64,000 bases of DNA from a phage: sequence record PX853108.1; one strand, given 5' to 3'. Shown piece by piece: positions 7,968-18,300 of this stretch (positions are counted from its first letter, which is position 1; each line of letters starts with the position of its first letter). Position numbers and translations under genes: made by a program. The notes under the pieces were generated by a model. It had not been told where the DNA came from. It worked only from the letters and a program-made list of their open reading frames with translations, and did no database searches.

Positions 7968-8297
7968 TTAATCCTTATACGCAGTTAAATAGGAGGGAGC
8001 ATACACCAAGTGAGGGGTTTGTAATTCATTCGTAATACCAAAGGTTAGAGAGTACTTATCCGTATTCACATGCCAGGGGGAGTACATGTAAGAGGACCAT
8101 GGTAGTTCCTTTCCTGGTTCAAGAACTTCTACAATAGTTTCCTTATTTAGTAATAAAGCTAATCCTTTAACTTCGTGTAGTGTTTGTTCATCCGGTACTA
8201 GGATAATAGGAGTGAGCCTACCTGGTACAAGGTCTTGTAAGGTTGTATGGGTAGTGGGGTTAGAACTACGAGCATAACCTATCTTAGTAAGTTTCAT
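7968..8297 (-). CDS. paralog family member 1 (109 aa), unknown function
   Basis: Shares core IILVPDEQTLHEVKGLALLL ... VEVLEPGKELPW ... SPWHVNTDKY with six neighbouring ORFs. Confidence 0.55.
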   Translation of the reverse strand: MKLTKIGYARSSNPTTHTTLQDLVPGRLTPIILVPDEQTLHEVKGLALLLNKETIVEVLEPGKELPWSSYMYSPWHVNTDKYSLTFGITNELQTPHLVYAPSYLTAYKD

Positions 8298-8331
8298 TTA
8301 ATATCCTAAGTGCTTGGGTTAGTAGCATATG

Positions 8332-8703
8332 TTAACTTTTTGTGATTACATCCCAATGAGGTGGCATATTAATATCCCAAGGAAGCATCTTTCCAGATTC
8401 AAGTATTCTTACAGACCTGAAGGAGTTACCTTCTTTTACCATACTGGTTCTTACTGTTACTGGTAAGAAGATATGAAAGTAGTCACCTTCTGGTGCAAGG
8501 TAAGTATCCCCTTCATTGAGAATAACTATCTTTGCATTGCTGTTAGTAAGAAGTTTATGCCCCTGTGCAAAGTCTGCTAACTCTCCTGGTTCCATTATTA
8601 GCGTTGGAGTTCCATAGGTCATAATGTGGATGATTGCTTTCTCCGGTTCTGAGGAATAGTGCAGTAAGTCTGTACCATTCATACCTAAGAGCTTAACGTT
8701 CAT
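8332..8703 (-). CDS. paralog family member 2 (123 aa), unknown function
   Basis: Divergent copy: KIVILNEGDTYLAPEGDYFHIFL ... VRILESGKMLPW. Confidence 0.5.
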   Translation of the reverse strand: MNVKLLGMNGTDLLHYSSEPEKAIIHIMTYGTPTLIMEPGELADFAQGHKLLTNSNAKIVILNEGDTYLAPEGDYFHIFLPVTVRTSMVKEGNSFRSVRILESGKMLPWDINMPPHWDVITKS

Positions 8704-8742
8704 GTTTTAGTACCTGTATCTGATAAGGAGATGTGTTTAGTT

Positions 8743-9027
8743 TCATTGCCTTTCCTTGTAGATTGGGGTGTTACCCTCGAAGGATAGGATGTACTTGTCT
8801 GTATTGAGATGCCAAGGACTAAAGCTACCCTGCCAGGACATAGGTGTTCCTGGTTCAAGTAGATGTACTTCTGCCTTCTTACTGTATAAGAAAAGTAATC
8901 CTTGTAATTCATGCAGAGACTGCTCATCTGGAACCAAGATAAGTACATCAGCGTCTAGATTCGCTATATCTTTATGACGGTAGTAGTCATCCTCATGTAC
9001 TGCTGAATAAATTTTACTGATAACCAT
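8743..9027 (-). CDS. paralog family member 3 (94 aa), unknown function
   Basis: LILVPDEQSLHELQGLLFLY ... HLLEPGTPMSW ... SPWHLNTDKY. Confidence 0.55.
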   Translation of the reverse strand: MVISKIYSAVHEDDYYRHKDIANLDADVLILVPDEQSLHELQGLLFLYSKKAEVHLLEPGTPMSWQGSFSPWHLNTDKYILSFEGNTPIYKERQ

Positions 9028-9347
9028 TAGAGGCTCTCGTCGCTAGATAAATATGAGGTAGAAGGATAGAGGGTAATAAGTCTACCTGTTAGGGTAGTAA
9101 CTACCATAGGCTCAGCAGTAGATAGTACGAATACCTGTGCAAACTCAGATATCTCAACTGATGTATCTATCTTAATGAAAGTGATGGGTATGCCTAACAT
9201 TAGACATGTACCTATGAACTCATCAGCCTCTTCATTTGGTTCATATAGGATAGTAGTTCCATCCAGCTCACCATTTAAACAATCCCGTTTAGTTGCTTTA
9301 CTGCGATAGCAACTTGTACTTAGTGCAACTAATGAGTAGAAGTGCAT
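9027..9347 (-). CDS. paralog family member 4 (106 aa), divergent
   Basis: TILYEPNEEADEFIGTCLMLG ... IKIDTSVEISEF; RBS AAGGAAG; stop/start overlap with members 3 and 5. Confidence 0.45.
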   Translation of the reverse strand: MHFYSLVALSTSCYRSKATKRDCLNGELDGTTILYEPNEEADEFIGTCLMLGIPITFIKIDTSVEISEFAQVFVLSTAEPMVVTTLTGRLITLYPSTSYLSSDESL

Positions 9348-9350
9348 AAC

Positions 9351-9620
9351 TTACTTCCTTACATAGTAGTAACGGTATTCACCCTTCTTATAACGACTCT
9401 CCCATTGGTAGTCATCAGATACCATCATGTATGGGATAGGGTCATTGGCGTTATAGTTGGTATAGACAGAAGGAGGGATAATACATACAACCTTACGGTC
9501 ATTACCTGCTAGAAAGAGTTGTCCCCTTACTTCATGGTAGTCCTCTAAGGTAGGAACCAGGATTACTTGATGGGGGTTGCTGTTCATGACTTCTTCTAAA
9601 GTGAAGTCAGTTGTGTACAT
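9351..9620 (-). CDS. paralog family member 5 (89 aa after start trimming)
   Basis: VILVPTLEDYHEVRGQLFLA; start moved to ATG at 9620 with RBS AGGGAG to avoid 110-nt overlap. Confidence 0.45.
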   Translation of the reverse strand: MYTTDFTLEEVMNSNPHQVILVPTLEDYHEVRGQLFLAGNDRKVVCIIPPSVYTNYNANDPIPYMMVSDDYQWESRYKKGEYRYYYVRK

Positions 9621-9630
9621 AGGCTCCCTT

Positions 9631-10029
9631 TCAGCAAAACTGGGGATGGTCATTATGAATTTCATGATGGATTTTCCTTCCTTTAGGAATGGGTCTGAAG
9701 TAAATGGATAGTGTTTTATTAAAGACGTTATGGTCAACAATCATTTCCCAGCCAGGTACTTTATAGAATCTGATTCCTGGAAAGAATGTTTCGAAGTTCG
9801 AGTACTCAGTAAGATCATACACCTTTGGTTCAGTAAGTATCTCAGTGTTAAGTTGCAGGTTGGATAAGAAAAAAGAACCAATAATCTCGTGTGATTCCTC
9901 GCAATCAGGAAAGAATACTGATTGCCTCGGGGATAGCATCTTACTTACTACCTCTGGTTCCTCTAGGTAATATGGTTCTTGCTTGCGTAGTACACCGGTA
10001 ATATCAATATCAAAAGCGTAGATGCTCAT
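9631..10029 (-). CDS. paralog family member 6 (132 aa), divergent
   Basis: VFFPDCEESHEIIGSFFLSN ... TEILTEPKVYDL. Confidence 0.45.
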   Translation of the reverse strand: MSIYAFDIDITGVLRKQEPYYLEEPEVVSKMLSPRQSVFFPDCEESHEIIGSFFLSNLQLNTEILTEPKVYDLTEYSNFETFFPGIRFYKVPGWEMIVDHNVFNKTLSIYFRPIPKGRKIHHEIHNDHPQFC

Positions 10030-10039
10030 AATTGCATTC

Positions 10040-10081
10040 CTCCAGAAAAAGAAATGGGGTAGAGCCTCTCGACTCTACCCC
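10040..10081 (-). terminator. rho-independent terminator (minus strand)
   Basis: 9-bp stem GGGGUAGAG/CUCUACCCC followed by AUUUCUUUUUCU. Confidence 0.5.
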
Positions 10082-10229
10082 TTACCGTTTTCTATCACGG
10101 GTCAGTTCATCACCCTAGATACATGTGTATCGTTAGCCTACTAGGTAGGAAAGGAGCCGGGCAACCCTGACTGTAGAAGTTATTAACTCTTTACGAGTAC
10201 CGCCACTGTCTACTAGGCGGCATGACTAA

Positions 10230-10520
10230 TCACATCGTCACCGTCATCCGAACACTGTCTTTGCTTCGCCTGACGGAGACACTATGAGGTAATTTTGTGA
10301 AGAACACAAGAGAGGAATGACGTTTTTCTAAAGAGTAAGTTTCTCTTGGTTCTAAGATTTTAATGCCGGGTCGATTCTCTAAAAGCATCATCCCAGCTAA
10401 TTCATGATAGGTATCTTCATCGTGAGTAATGATAATATCATTTGAAAGAATACCAGCTTTGGTGTGGTCTAGTTCTTTGTATTCATCTTTAGAGTCGTGG
10501 ACTCTCATATAGATTCTCAA
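10230..10520 (-). CDS. paralog family member 7 (96 aa)
   Basis: IIITHDEDTYHELAGMMLLE ... IKILEPRETY. Confidence 0.5.
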   Translation of the reverse strand: MRIYMRVHDSKDEYKELDHTKAGILSNDIIITHDEDTYHELAGMMLLENRPGIKILEPRETYSLEKRHSSLVFFTKLPHSVSVRRSKDSVRMTVTM

Positions 10521-10691
10521 AGGTTACTCCTTTTGGGAATAGGGTCATCGGAACATTACATACTATTTAGTATCATGAACTTTTTCTATATCATGACTAA
10601 AGTGTAACTGTATGGTATCGTTTCTTCAAGGGGTAACTCATCCCAAGAAAAGAATCTTCTTTAATAGACATAACTTTGTAGCGAGATAAGT

Positions 10692-11381
10692 ATGAGTGAA
10701 CTAACTAAGCAGCAGATTATTAATGCCTTACCTGCTAACTTCAAAAACAGTGTGACCCAGGAGTTGGTAGACACAATCAACAACATAACCCAAGACCAAC
10801 TGGTTGCTGAGTCCTTCCGTGAAAACTTTATCTCCTACTCTGGTGTAATGAAGGAAGGTAAGTTTAAGACACAGGACTACATGAATGCAGTTCAGTATGT
10901 GACTTACAAACACATGGGTTACTCAAATAAGGAAGCCTACTTCAAGACATTCCCTAACCGACAAGCAGAACTTGTTGCACGAGGAACCAGTGAGAAAGAC
11001 ATTAGTGCTTATGTATCCGCTTACCACAGAGGTAAGCTAGTTAACCTCATCATGGAACAAAGTTTGGTTCCAGTGTGGATTGTGAACCAGGACAACTATC
11101 AGAAGGCAATCAACGTTCAGGTTGAACTGATGACTACAGCAGCAAGTGAAAAAGTAAGATGTGATGCAGCTAACTCTATCCTTACTCACTTAGCTAAACC
11201 GAAAGACCAGGTAACGAATATCAATCTGGACTTGAGAGAGAACTCTGGATTAACTGACCTCAAGGCAACACTTGCTGCATTAGCTGAACAGCAAATTAAC
11301 GCAATCAATAGTGGTGTACCTACCAAAGAGGTTGCTGGTTCTAAACTAGTACGTGCAGATGAGGACATTACAGATGTCTGA
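10692..11381 (+). CDS. hypothetical protein upstream of terminase; possible small terminase subunit
   Basis: 229 aa; position immediately 5' of large terminase with ATG/TGA overlap; no diagnostic motif. Confidence 0.3.
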   Translation: MSELTKQQIINALPANFKNSVTQELVDTINNITQDQLVAESFRENFISYSGVMKEGKFKTQDYMNAVQYVTYKHMGYSNKEAYFKTFPNRQAELVARGTSEKDISAYVSAYHRGKLVNLIMEQSLVPVWIVNQDNYQKAINVQVELMTTAASEKVRCDAANSILTHLAKPKDQVTNINLDLRENSGLTDLKATLAALAEQQINAINSGVPTKEVAGSKLVRADEDITDV

Positions 11382-12963
11382 GTTAATTAAACAGGAACTA
11401 GATGAATGGCTAGACCAGGTGGATTACTCCCACCTTAATTCGTCTAACTATGTTCCTAGTCAGTTTGCTCTTACCTTTGCCAACTTTATTAAGTTGGTTA
11501 ATGGTAAAGAGGGTGAATCCAACAAAACACCTCCAGTTCACCTGAAGATGCTGGATAAGATGATTAGTCCTAACCAGTATGTAGTTAACCTGTGCTTCCG
11601 TGGTGCAGGTAAGACTGCTGTGTTTATGGAATACTTTACTTTGTTCCTGGCAGTGTTTGGACACTTACCAAGTCTGGGTAAAGTAGAAGGGATGATTTAC
11701 GTATCTGACTCAATGGATAACGGTGCTAAGTCTGCACGTAAGAACATTGAGTTTCGTTATAAGAATAGTGAGTTCCTACAGCAATGGATACCTGAAGCTA
11801 CCTTTACGGATAACCTATTAGAGTTTCGTAATGTAGAAGGACATCGACTTGGTGTTAAGCTGTTCGGTGCTAAGACAGGTCTTCGTGGTACGAAGATATA
11901 TGGTAAACGCCCAACACTCTGTGTACTGGATGACTTGATTAGTGATGGTGATGCTAACTCCAAGACTAGCATGGAAGCTATTAAGGATACTGTTTATAAA
12001 GGTGTGAACCATGCTCTTGACCCAACCCGTCGTAAAGTAATCTTCAACGGTACTCCCTTTAATAAGGAAGACATTATCATTGAAGCGGTAGAGTCTGGTG
12101 CATGGGATGTCAACGTATGGCCTGTGTGTGAGAAGTTCCCTTGTAGTAGGGAAGAATTTCAGGGTGCATGGGATGACCGTTTCTCTTACGACTATATTAA
12201 AGCCCAATATGACATGGCAGTTAAGACGGGTAAGCTGGCAGGCTTCTATCAGGAACTTATGCTCCGTATTAGCTCTGAAGATGAGAGACTGGTTCAGGAT
12301 AGTGAAATTAGATGGTATAGCAGACAGCAACTATTAAGGATGAAGTCCTGCTACAACTATTACATTACAACTGACTTTGCTACTTCGGAGAAACAGACCA
12401 GTGACTACAGTGTCATATCAGTTTGGGCTTATAGTTCTAATGGAGATTGGTTCTGGGTTGATGGTGTGGCTAATCGTCAGCTTATGGATAAAAACTTTGA
12501 TGATCTGTTCCGTCTGGTTCAAGAATACCAACCACAAAACGTTGGAGTCGAAATCACAGGACAACAGGGTGGATTCATCTCTCTCCTTCAGAAAGAAATG
12601 ATTAACCGTAATGTCTTCTTTAACTTTGCATCCTCCGAGGGTGGTAAGCCTGGCATACGTCCTGTAACCTCTAAGCTGTCACGTTTTAACCTGGTAGTTC
12701 CTTGGTTCAAAGCTGGTAAGATGTACTTCCCAGAAGAGTTGAGAGATTCAACTATCATGGGTCTGTTCATGGGGCAGATTAAACTAGCTACCATTAATGG
12801 AATCAAAGGTAAGGATGACTGTATTGATACTATCTCTATGCTGGGTTATCTCAATCCTTGGAAACCACAAGCAGGTATGACTATGGTGGATAACAAGGGT
12901 GACCCAATGTGGGATGACGAAGAAGAAGATAGTGTTAACCCACTACGTTCATACATTGTGTGA
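11353..12963 (+). CDS. terminase large subunit
   Basis: 536 aa; Walker A-like CFRGAGKT and Walker B-like LCVLDDL; head of structural operon; alternative start at 11374. Confidence 0.7.
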   Translation: MQMRTLQMSELIKQELDEWLDQVDYSHLNSSNYVPSQFALTFANFIKLVNGKEGESNKTPPVHLKMLDKMISPNQYVVNLCFRGAGKTAVFMEYFTLFLAVFGHLPSLGKVEGMIYVSDSMDNGAKSARKNIEFRYKNSEFLQQWIPEATFTDNLLEFRNVEGHRLGVKLFGAKTGLRGTKIYGKRPTLCVLDDLISDGDANSKTSMEAIKDTVYKGVNHALDPTRRKVIFNGTPFNKEDIIIEAVESGAWDVNVWPVCEKFPCSREEFQGAWDDRFSYDYIKAQYDMAVKTGKLAGFYQELMLRISSEDERLVQDSEIRWYSRQQLLRMKSCYNYYITTDFATSEKQTSDYSVISVWAYSSNGDWFWVDGVANRQLMDKNFDDLFRLVQEYQPQNVGVEITGQQGGFISLLQKEMINRNVFFNFASSEGGKPGIRPVTSKLSRFNLVVPWFKAGKMYFPEELRDSTIMGLFMGQIKLATINGIKGKDDCIDTISMLGYLNPWKPQAGMTMVDNKGDPMWDDEEEDSVNPLRSYIV

Positions 12964-12969
12964 GGAACC

Positions 12970-13680
12970 ATGCAGAAATTATCGGAAGTATATCGTGGCT
13001 TGGCACTAAGTACCTTGAAGGGTACTGGTGCAGTCACTGATGACAGATTAGGCATTGAACCAGATAGCAAGCCTGAAATATTGGCAGCTATTAATGAAGG
13101 GCTGGTACGACTACATAGTCGTTTCCCTTTAAGGACTAATAGCTGCATTGTGGAGATGAAGGAAGGTCGTACTGATTATCCCCTTCAATCCAGATATGCT
13201 TACTCCAAATTTATTAAGCCTACTCTTGAGATTCAATACCCATATATCATGGATGGGTTCATGAAACCTTTCCAGGATGATGTCATTAAAATCTTAAATG
13301 TGTTTGATAACTCAGGGAATCGACGTAGACTGAACGACGATTCAGACCCTCATGCAATCTTTACTCCTCGGCCTGATACTATTCAGTGTATGCGACCTCG
13401 ACACTTCGAGGCACTTAACGTAACTTATCAAGCTAAGCACCCTGTACTTACGGGTGATGAAGAACAGGAAGTTGATTTAGCTGATACGCTAATGACGGCA
13501 CTTCATAACTGGGTGGGTTATCGTTACCACACTGGTTTGAATACTCCGGAAGCTAATGCTAAGGCAGCAGAGTATCTGCAAACATATGAAAGCATCTGTG
13601 GTGAGGTTGTTGATTACGACCTGGCTAATGGAAGTATTTCAATTACCGAAACTAAATTTGAACAACGAGGATGGCGATGA
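12970..13680 (+). CDS. virion-associated protein, function unknown
   Basis: 236 aa; structural operon position; ATGA overlap with next gene. Confidence 0.45.
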   Translation: MQKLSEVYRGLALSTLKGTGAVTDDRLGIEPDSKPEILAAINEGLVRLHSRFPLRTNSCIVEMKEGRTDYPLQSRYAYSKFIKPTLEIQYPYIMDGFMKPFQDDVIKILNVFDNSGNRRRLNDDSDPHAIFTPRPDTIQCMRPRHFEALNVTYQAKHPVLTGDEEQEVDLADTLMTALHNWVGYRYHTGLNTPEANAKAAEYLQTYESICGEVVDYDLANGSISITETKFEQRGWR

Positions 13681-16358
13681 ACGCACATACCCCCTTTGAT
13701 GCAAAACAGGATTGGACCAATCCTTACTGCCAAAACAGTTCCAATGACCCAATGGTAGATGCATTACTTGGTAATGCTTACCATGTGGTTCGTACTGTTT
13801 ACTGTAACTTGGGTAACCTTAAACTTTTGTATGATTTCCTGAACCAGTATGGAATGGTTCTTGGTGTACAGTCAGAGGCAGAACTTAAAGCATTAACTAC
13901 TAAAGCTAAGTATGCACGTATCTATGGCTTTTCTCGTACAGGTGACCGGCAGGTAACTGACTACCTGTATGTGGAAGGTGATCGTACAGGCATTATCCCT
14001 GATGACCCAAAGGCAACAGGTTCATGGATTACTGTTGCTACTTCTGGTTCCACCGGTGGTGGTACTTCTTCCAGCGAAGGTGCTTACATTCCTTGGGTAT
14101 ACAGCAATGGTTCCGCTACTGGTGGGGAAACCACAATCAACGTACCAGATGGTACGGTAGGTGTGCCTTTCATTATTGTTAATGGCGACATGCAGTATGT
14201 AGGCCGTGGCTTTGAGTTTAATATTGACAGTCTGTCTGTAACTCTGGCTCAACCTTTAGAAGAAGGGGATGAAGTAGTATTCCTTCTGACAGGAGTGCCT
14301 GCTGTACCAGATAATCCTAACGTTAATGACTGGGTTCAGATTAACTGGTTATACAACAATGGTGCTGCTGTAGGTGGTGAACAGGTTATTACTATTCCTT
14401 ACACCTTCCAGTCTATTCCGGCTGTGTATAAGAATGGACTACGTTTGTATAAAGGATTAACTACTGAGTCCTATACTGCTGACCCAGATAACCAACGTAT
14501 TTTTCTTACCGAACCACTGACAACCAATGACCGTCTGATTGTACAGATTGGAGGGGAAACACAGGTACTGGAAACATCAGACCATACTATTCAGGAAGTT
14601 GCTCGTGCAGCTAACGTTAAGGATAGTGAGGTAATTCTTAGTACTGACGTTACTCAATTCTTAAATGGTAAGAAGATTGTTTATTCTGTTAGTGAGCAGA
14701 AGGCTTATGGGTTACCTTCTTTGCCTACCAATGTGTACATTCAATCCGTAGAGAACGGTAAGCTTACATACTCCCCTGGAGCCGTGGAAGTAGATTTAGT
14801 TCCTATCCCTGGTTCCTCTGAAGAATTAAAAAATAGTTTAATATCTGATACTGGGGCTGCCATAGTGAGCACTAGTTCTGGTGCAACTGTACAAGCAGAA
14901 CTTGATAATATTACAGAGAAATTGGGGGACTCTTACCCAAATATAAGAGGTAATATTAATACACCTGCAACTGGGTATGTATTCCAACCATATACCCGCT
15001 ATTACGGCGACCATGACATTCGATACATTGGGGGCGGTAATCCTAAGTCAACTAAGCGATTTAAAAAAGATGGGCATGAAACAATAACTCTTACTGGGAT
15101 TTCTACGACGGCATCTAATCCTCCAACCATATCGGTGGATACAGTTGCATATGTAAACCCTGCTAGTGCTGACCCTGATGATAGAACCTTCCCTGCAAGT
15201 ATTACCTTTAACGGCCTAGCCTTTGTAGGTGATGATGATGAGACGGGGGAAGTTGGATTAACCATCCTTCAGGGTCAGAATTTCCAGATTCAAGATTGTG
15301 GTTTTAGTAAGACTAAACTGGCAACTTGGTTTGTAGATGTATGGATGACCAGTGTGAGTAATTCCACCTTCTTTGGGCAGGTTCGCCATGATGGAGGTAC
15401 TAGCTGTTTCTACACTAACTGTTATGCCACTGTACATGATGCCTCAGTACCACTAGGTGCATACAGAATTTCTAATATTCAGTATGGTAATATGACCTCT
15501 TGTGCCTCGGATGGGACGATAAATGGTGCTTACTGGTTTAACGGTAATAATGGATTAACAGTTAATAACTGTGGGTCAGAAGTTCCTACCACAATGGACA
15601 GGAACTATGGTACTGCTGCGCACTTTGAAAAAAGTAATGAGATGGTACTTACCAATTTTTATACTTTACCCGCAGAAGGTACTAACATGCTCATATCAGT
15701 AAAAGATGATAATGAGTTAGTATTCAATAACATGATGGTATACGGTAGCCCTGATAGATACAGCCGGGATTTCTGGTTTACAGGCACGAACAATAACTTG
15801 ATTATTAATGGGGGCATCTTTGGTAATCGAGGAGACTTCCCACGTATTGCCACAGACCATGCAGGAAACACTGTAATTTACAATGCTGTTAATGGTAACT
15901 CATACATATGGAAAACTAAAACAGCGGCCATCACTGCTGTATGGGAACCAAAGTACCTTTCACAGACATTGGATACTACATCTGATGTCGTATTTACGAA
16001 CAGCGGTCCTGTAACAGGAGGAACACGAGATATTAAATTCACTAAGAATGGTAATACTGCTACTGTTGAATTTGATATTACTATTCCAAGTGTTTCTGGT
16101 GCAGTGGGACAACTTCGTATAAATGGTTTGCCTTATGCTGCTGCTCAACAAGCTAGTGGTAGTGTAGCTATAGCCATTGGTTTAGGTACGGGTGTTGGTA
16201 ATATTTCTTGTGCCGTTATCAGAAATGGGACTGAGATACTGTTCTATAAATCTACAACAGCAGGCGGTGTATCATCCGCACTTGTGCCATCAGACCTAAC
16301 CGATGGATGCAGCCTTCGCGGTAGTATTACCTACTCCTGTGTATCCGATTGGGATTAA
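13677..16358 (+). CDS. tail fibre / tailspike-like receptor-binding protein
   Basis: 893 aa; Gly/Ser/Thr-rich; internal tandem approx 70-aa repeat (IPWVYSNGSATGGETTINVP / INWLYNNGAAVGGEQVITIP); C-terminal NLIINGGIFGNRGD module shared with next gene. Confidence 0.55.
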   Translation: MNAHTPFDAKQDWTNPYCQNSSNDPMVDALLGNAYHVVRTVYCNLGNLKLLYDFLNQYGMVLGVQSEAELKALTTKAKYARIYGFSRTGDRQVTDYLYVEGDRTGIIPDDPKATGSWITVATSGSTGGGTSSSEGAYIPWVYSNGSATGGETTINVPDGTVGVPFIIVNGDMQYVGRGFEFNIDSLSVTLAQPLEEGDEVVFLLTGVPAVPDNPNVNDWVQINWLYNNGAAVGGEQVITIPYTFQSIPAVYKNGLRLYKGLTTESYTADPDNQRIFLTEPLTTNDRLIVQIGGETQVLETSDHTIQEVARAANVKDSEVILSTDVTQFLNGKKIVYSVSEQKAYGLPSLPTNVYIQSVENGKLTYSPGAVEVDLVPIPGSSEELKNSLISDTGAAIVSTSSGATVQAELDNITEKLGDSYPNIRGNINTPATGYVFQPYTRYYGDHDIRYIGGGNPKSTKRFKKDGHETITLTGISTTASNPPTISVDTVAYVNPASADPDDRTFPASITFNGLAFVGDDDETGEVGLTILQGQNFQIQDCGFSKTKLATWFVDVWMTSVSNSTFFGQVRHDGGTSCFYTNCYATVHDASVPLGAYRISNIQYGNMTSCASDGTINGAYWFNGNNGLTVNNCGSEVPTTMDRNYGTAAHFEKSNEMVLTNFYTLPAEGTNMLISVKDDNELVFNNMMVYGSPDRYSRDFWFTGTNNNLIINGGIFGNRGDFPRIATDHAGNTVIYNAVNGNSYIWKTKTAAITAVWEPKYLSQTLDTTSDVVFTNSGPVTGGTRDIKFTKNGNTATVEFDITIPSVSGAVGQLRINGLPYAAAQQASGSVAIAIGLGTGVGNISCAVIRNGTEILFYKSTTAGGVSSALVPSDLTDGCSLRGSITYSCVSDWD

Positions 16359-16412
16359 TATTTATATAGCCTCCGTAACTGGAGGCTTACTTAGAAAAAC
16401 AAAGAGGTTGTT

Positions 16413-18296
16413 ATGAACGAAATGTTCTCACAAGGTGGTAAAGGTTCAACTGGTATTCTTACCAATAAGCAAGCCATTGCCCGTAAGTTTGGTGTTAAGC
16501 AGAATGAAGTAGTCTACTTTTCTGTAGGTGTAGACTTAGGTGGATACAAAGTCATTTATGATAAGACTACTCAACGTGCTTACTCATTGCCCGTACTTCC
16601 AGTAGGAACCACTGCTGTAAGTCTCAGTGAGCAGGCAGTCCTGGTTCATTCAGCAGGTACAGTTGATTTGGGTGAACTGGCTGCTACACGTAGGGAATTC
16701 GTAAGCCTGTCTGATACGTTTGCTACTGGTTTGGTAGTGAATACTCGAAATGAGATTCTGATGCATGATGGTATAGGTTATACCTATTTAGGTGCTCTAC
16801 CTGTAACTATTGCCGCAGGAACTAACCCTGTCGGTAATTCTGACTGGAAGGCTCAGACAGACCCATATTTACGCACAGACTTGGCTAGTTCTGATGTAAA
16901 CAAAGGCGCATCGATTATCAACACTACTTCTGGTTTAAACGTTCAGGAGTCGCTAAACACCCTGAGGTTATCGGCTACCGCGAGTTCTATTTCGGCCAAT
17001 CTGGCTTTAGGCTCCGCAAAAGTTATTGACTCCGTATCCAGTGCCGATTCTTTTATCCTCCCATCCTTCGCTACGTTAGAAGGGGGAGATAATTTCTTAA
17101 CCGGCTTCATAGGAACCTCATACCAGAAAAACAAAACTATTCGTAAATCAAGTAATACAACTGTTACGTTAACAAACCAAGACCCCAGCGCTGGGAGTCA
17201 ATCCGTGGACGCGGTTGTATACCAAGACCCGGCATGGCCAGGTGGCGCTGTATTTCCTCAAAAATCGGCATTAAAGCATATTACTATTGAGGGTAACTCT
17301 GCTGCTAACCCTAGTCAGGCCGGTTTTTTTGTATTACAAGGCGGAGTAGTTGACATTGAGAATGTGGATTTCATCAACTGCACCTATGCGATATGGGCTA
17401 AAGATATCTGGCAAAGCCGCATCTCCAGAGTATTCTCCAACAACGGAAAGATTCGCCTTGATAACGGTACGTCTGTTGTACTAACAGGATGTGGGTTGGC
17501 TTCTGCCGATACTACAAGAACAGGCGCATTTGATCTTACGGGCATGAAGTATTCAACGCTTATTGGTTGTACATCAGACCATACTACCAATACTGCCTAT
17601 TCATTCGATGCTTGTGAAGGAATTGTGCTGGACGCTTGCGGATGTGAGGGGGCCAACACCACAACAGCTAATTCTGGAACGGCTCTGGCTTTTAAAGATA
17701 ACAATCATAATATAGTGGTCAACGCTTTCACATGTTTCCCGGTAGCTGACCAAGGCCCCGCTTTGATATCATTCGGTAGTAACAACCAGGTAACCCTAAA
17801 CTCGTTCGAGGTTATACCAGGAATTACATATAATGGGGACATATACCTTTATGGGGCTAATTCTCATATCACTATAAACGGGGGACGCTTTGGTTCAGAC
17901 GGCAATGCTATGCCTATTGTAACGGCTTCGGCTAATGCCATTGGCTCCACTATAACATATCATCACCGCAGGGGTATTACGTATACATACACAGTAACAG
18001 CCGCAGGAATTGTAACTCCGGTACAACATTTCCGCCCTATTGTGTCTGCTGTTATTAACTCTGATGGTACTGTTAGAAGCGGTTTCGGCGTTAATAATGT
18101 AACTAAAAATAGCACAGGTTCTTACACTATTAATTTCACTAGTGAGATTGCCACGGGATATGCGATCCAACATTTATCCTCATTTGGATTTGTGCAGGTG
18201 AGCGTTTTCGACTCAACAACACTAACGGTATTATTCCTTGACCCAAGCAAAACACCAACTGATACGGACTTCTCGGTTAATATAGCTGGCTGGTAA
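16413..18296 (+). CDS. second tailspike-like protein
   Basis: 627 aa; shares C-terminal module HITINGGRFGSDGN and ITIEGNSAANP beta-helix-like repeats with 13677-16358. Confidence 0.55.
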   Translation: MNEMFSQGGKGSTGILTNKQAIARKFGVKQNEVVYFSVGVDLGGYKVIYDKTTQRAYSLPVLPVGTTAVSLSEQAVLVHSAGTVDLGELAATRREFVSLSDTFATGLVVNTRNEILMHDGIGYTYLGALPVTIAAGTNPVGNSDWKAQTDPYLRTDLASSDVNKGASIINTTSGLNVQESLNTLRLSATASSISANLALGSAKVIDSVSSADSFILPSFATLEGGDNFLTGFIGTSYQKNKTIRKSSNTTVTLTNQDPSAGSQSVDAVVYQDPAWPGGAVFPQKSALKHITIEGNSAANPSQAGFFVLQGGVVDIENVDFINCTYAIWAKDIWQSRISRVFSNNGKIRLDNGTSVVLTGCGLASADTTRTGAFDLTGMKYSTLIGCTSDHTTNTAYSFDACEGIVLDACGCEGANTTTANSGTALAFKDNNHNIVVNAFTCFPVADQGPALISFGSNNQVTLNSFEVIPGITYNGDIYLYGANSHITINGGRFGSDGNAMPIVTASANAIGSTITYHHRRGITYTYTVTAAGIVTPVQHFRPIVSAVINSDGTVRSGFGVNNVTKNSTGSYTINFTSEIATGYAIQHLSSFGFVQVSVFDSTTLTVLFLDPSKTPTDTDFSVNIAGW

Positions 18297-18300
18297 AACT

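Noticed and set aside
8700-8948. 82-aa ORF bridging two paralog genes
   Set aside because: Overlaps two members of the paralog array in another frame; the paralog frames carry the conserved motif.
11818-12330. 170-aa antisense ORF inside the terminase gene
   Set aside because: Embedded antisense ORF; terminase frame carries the recognisable motifs.
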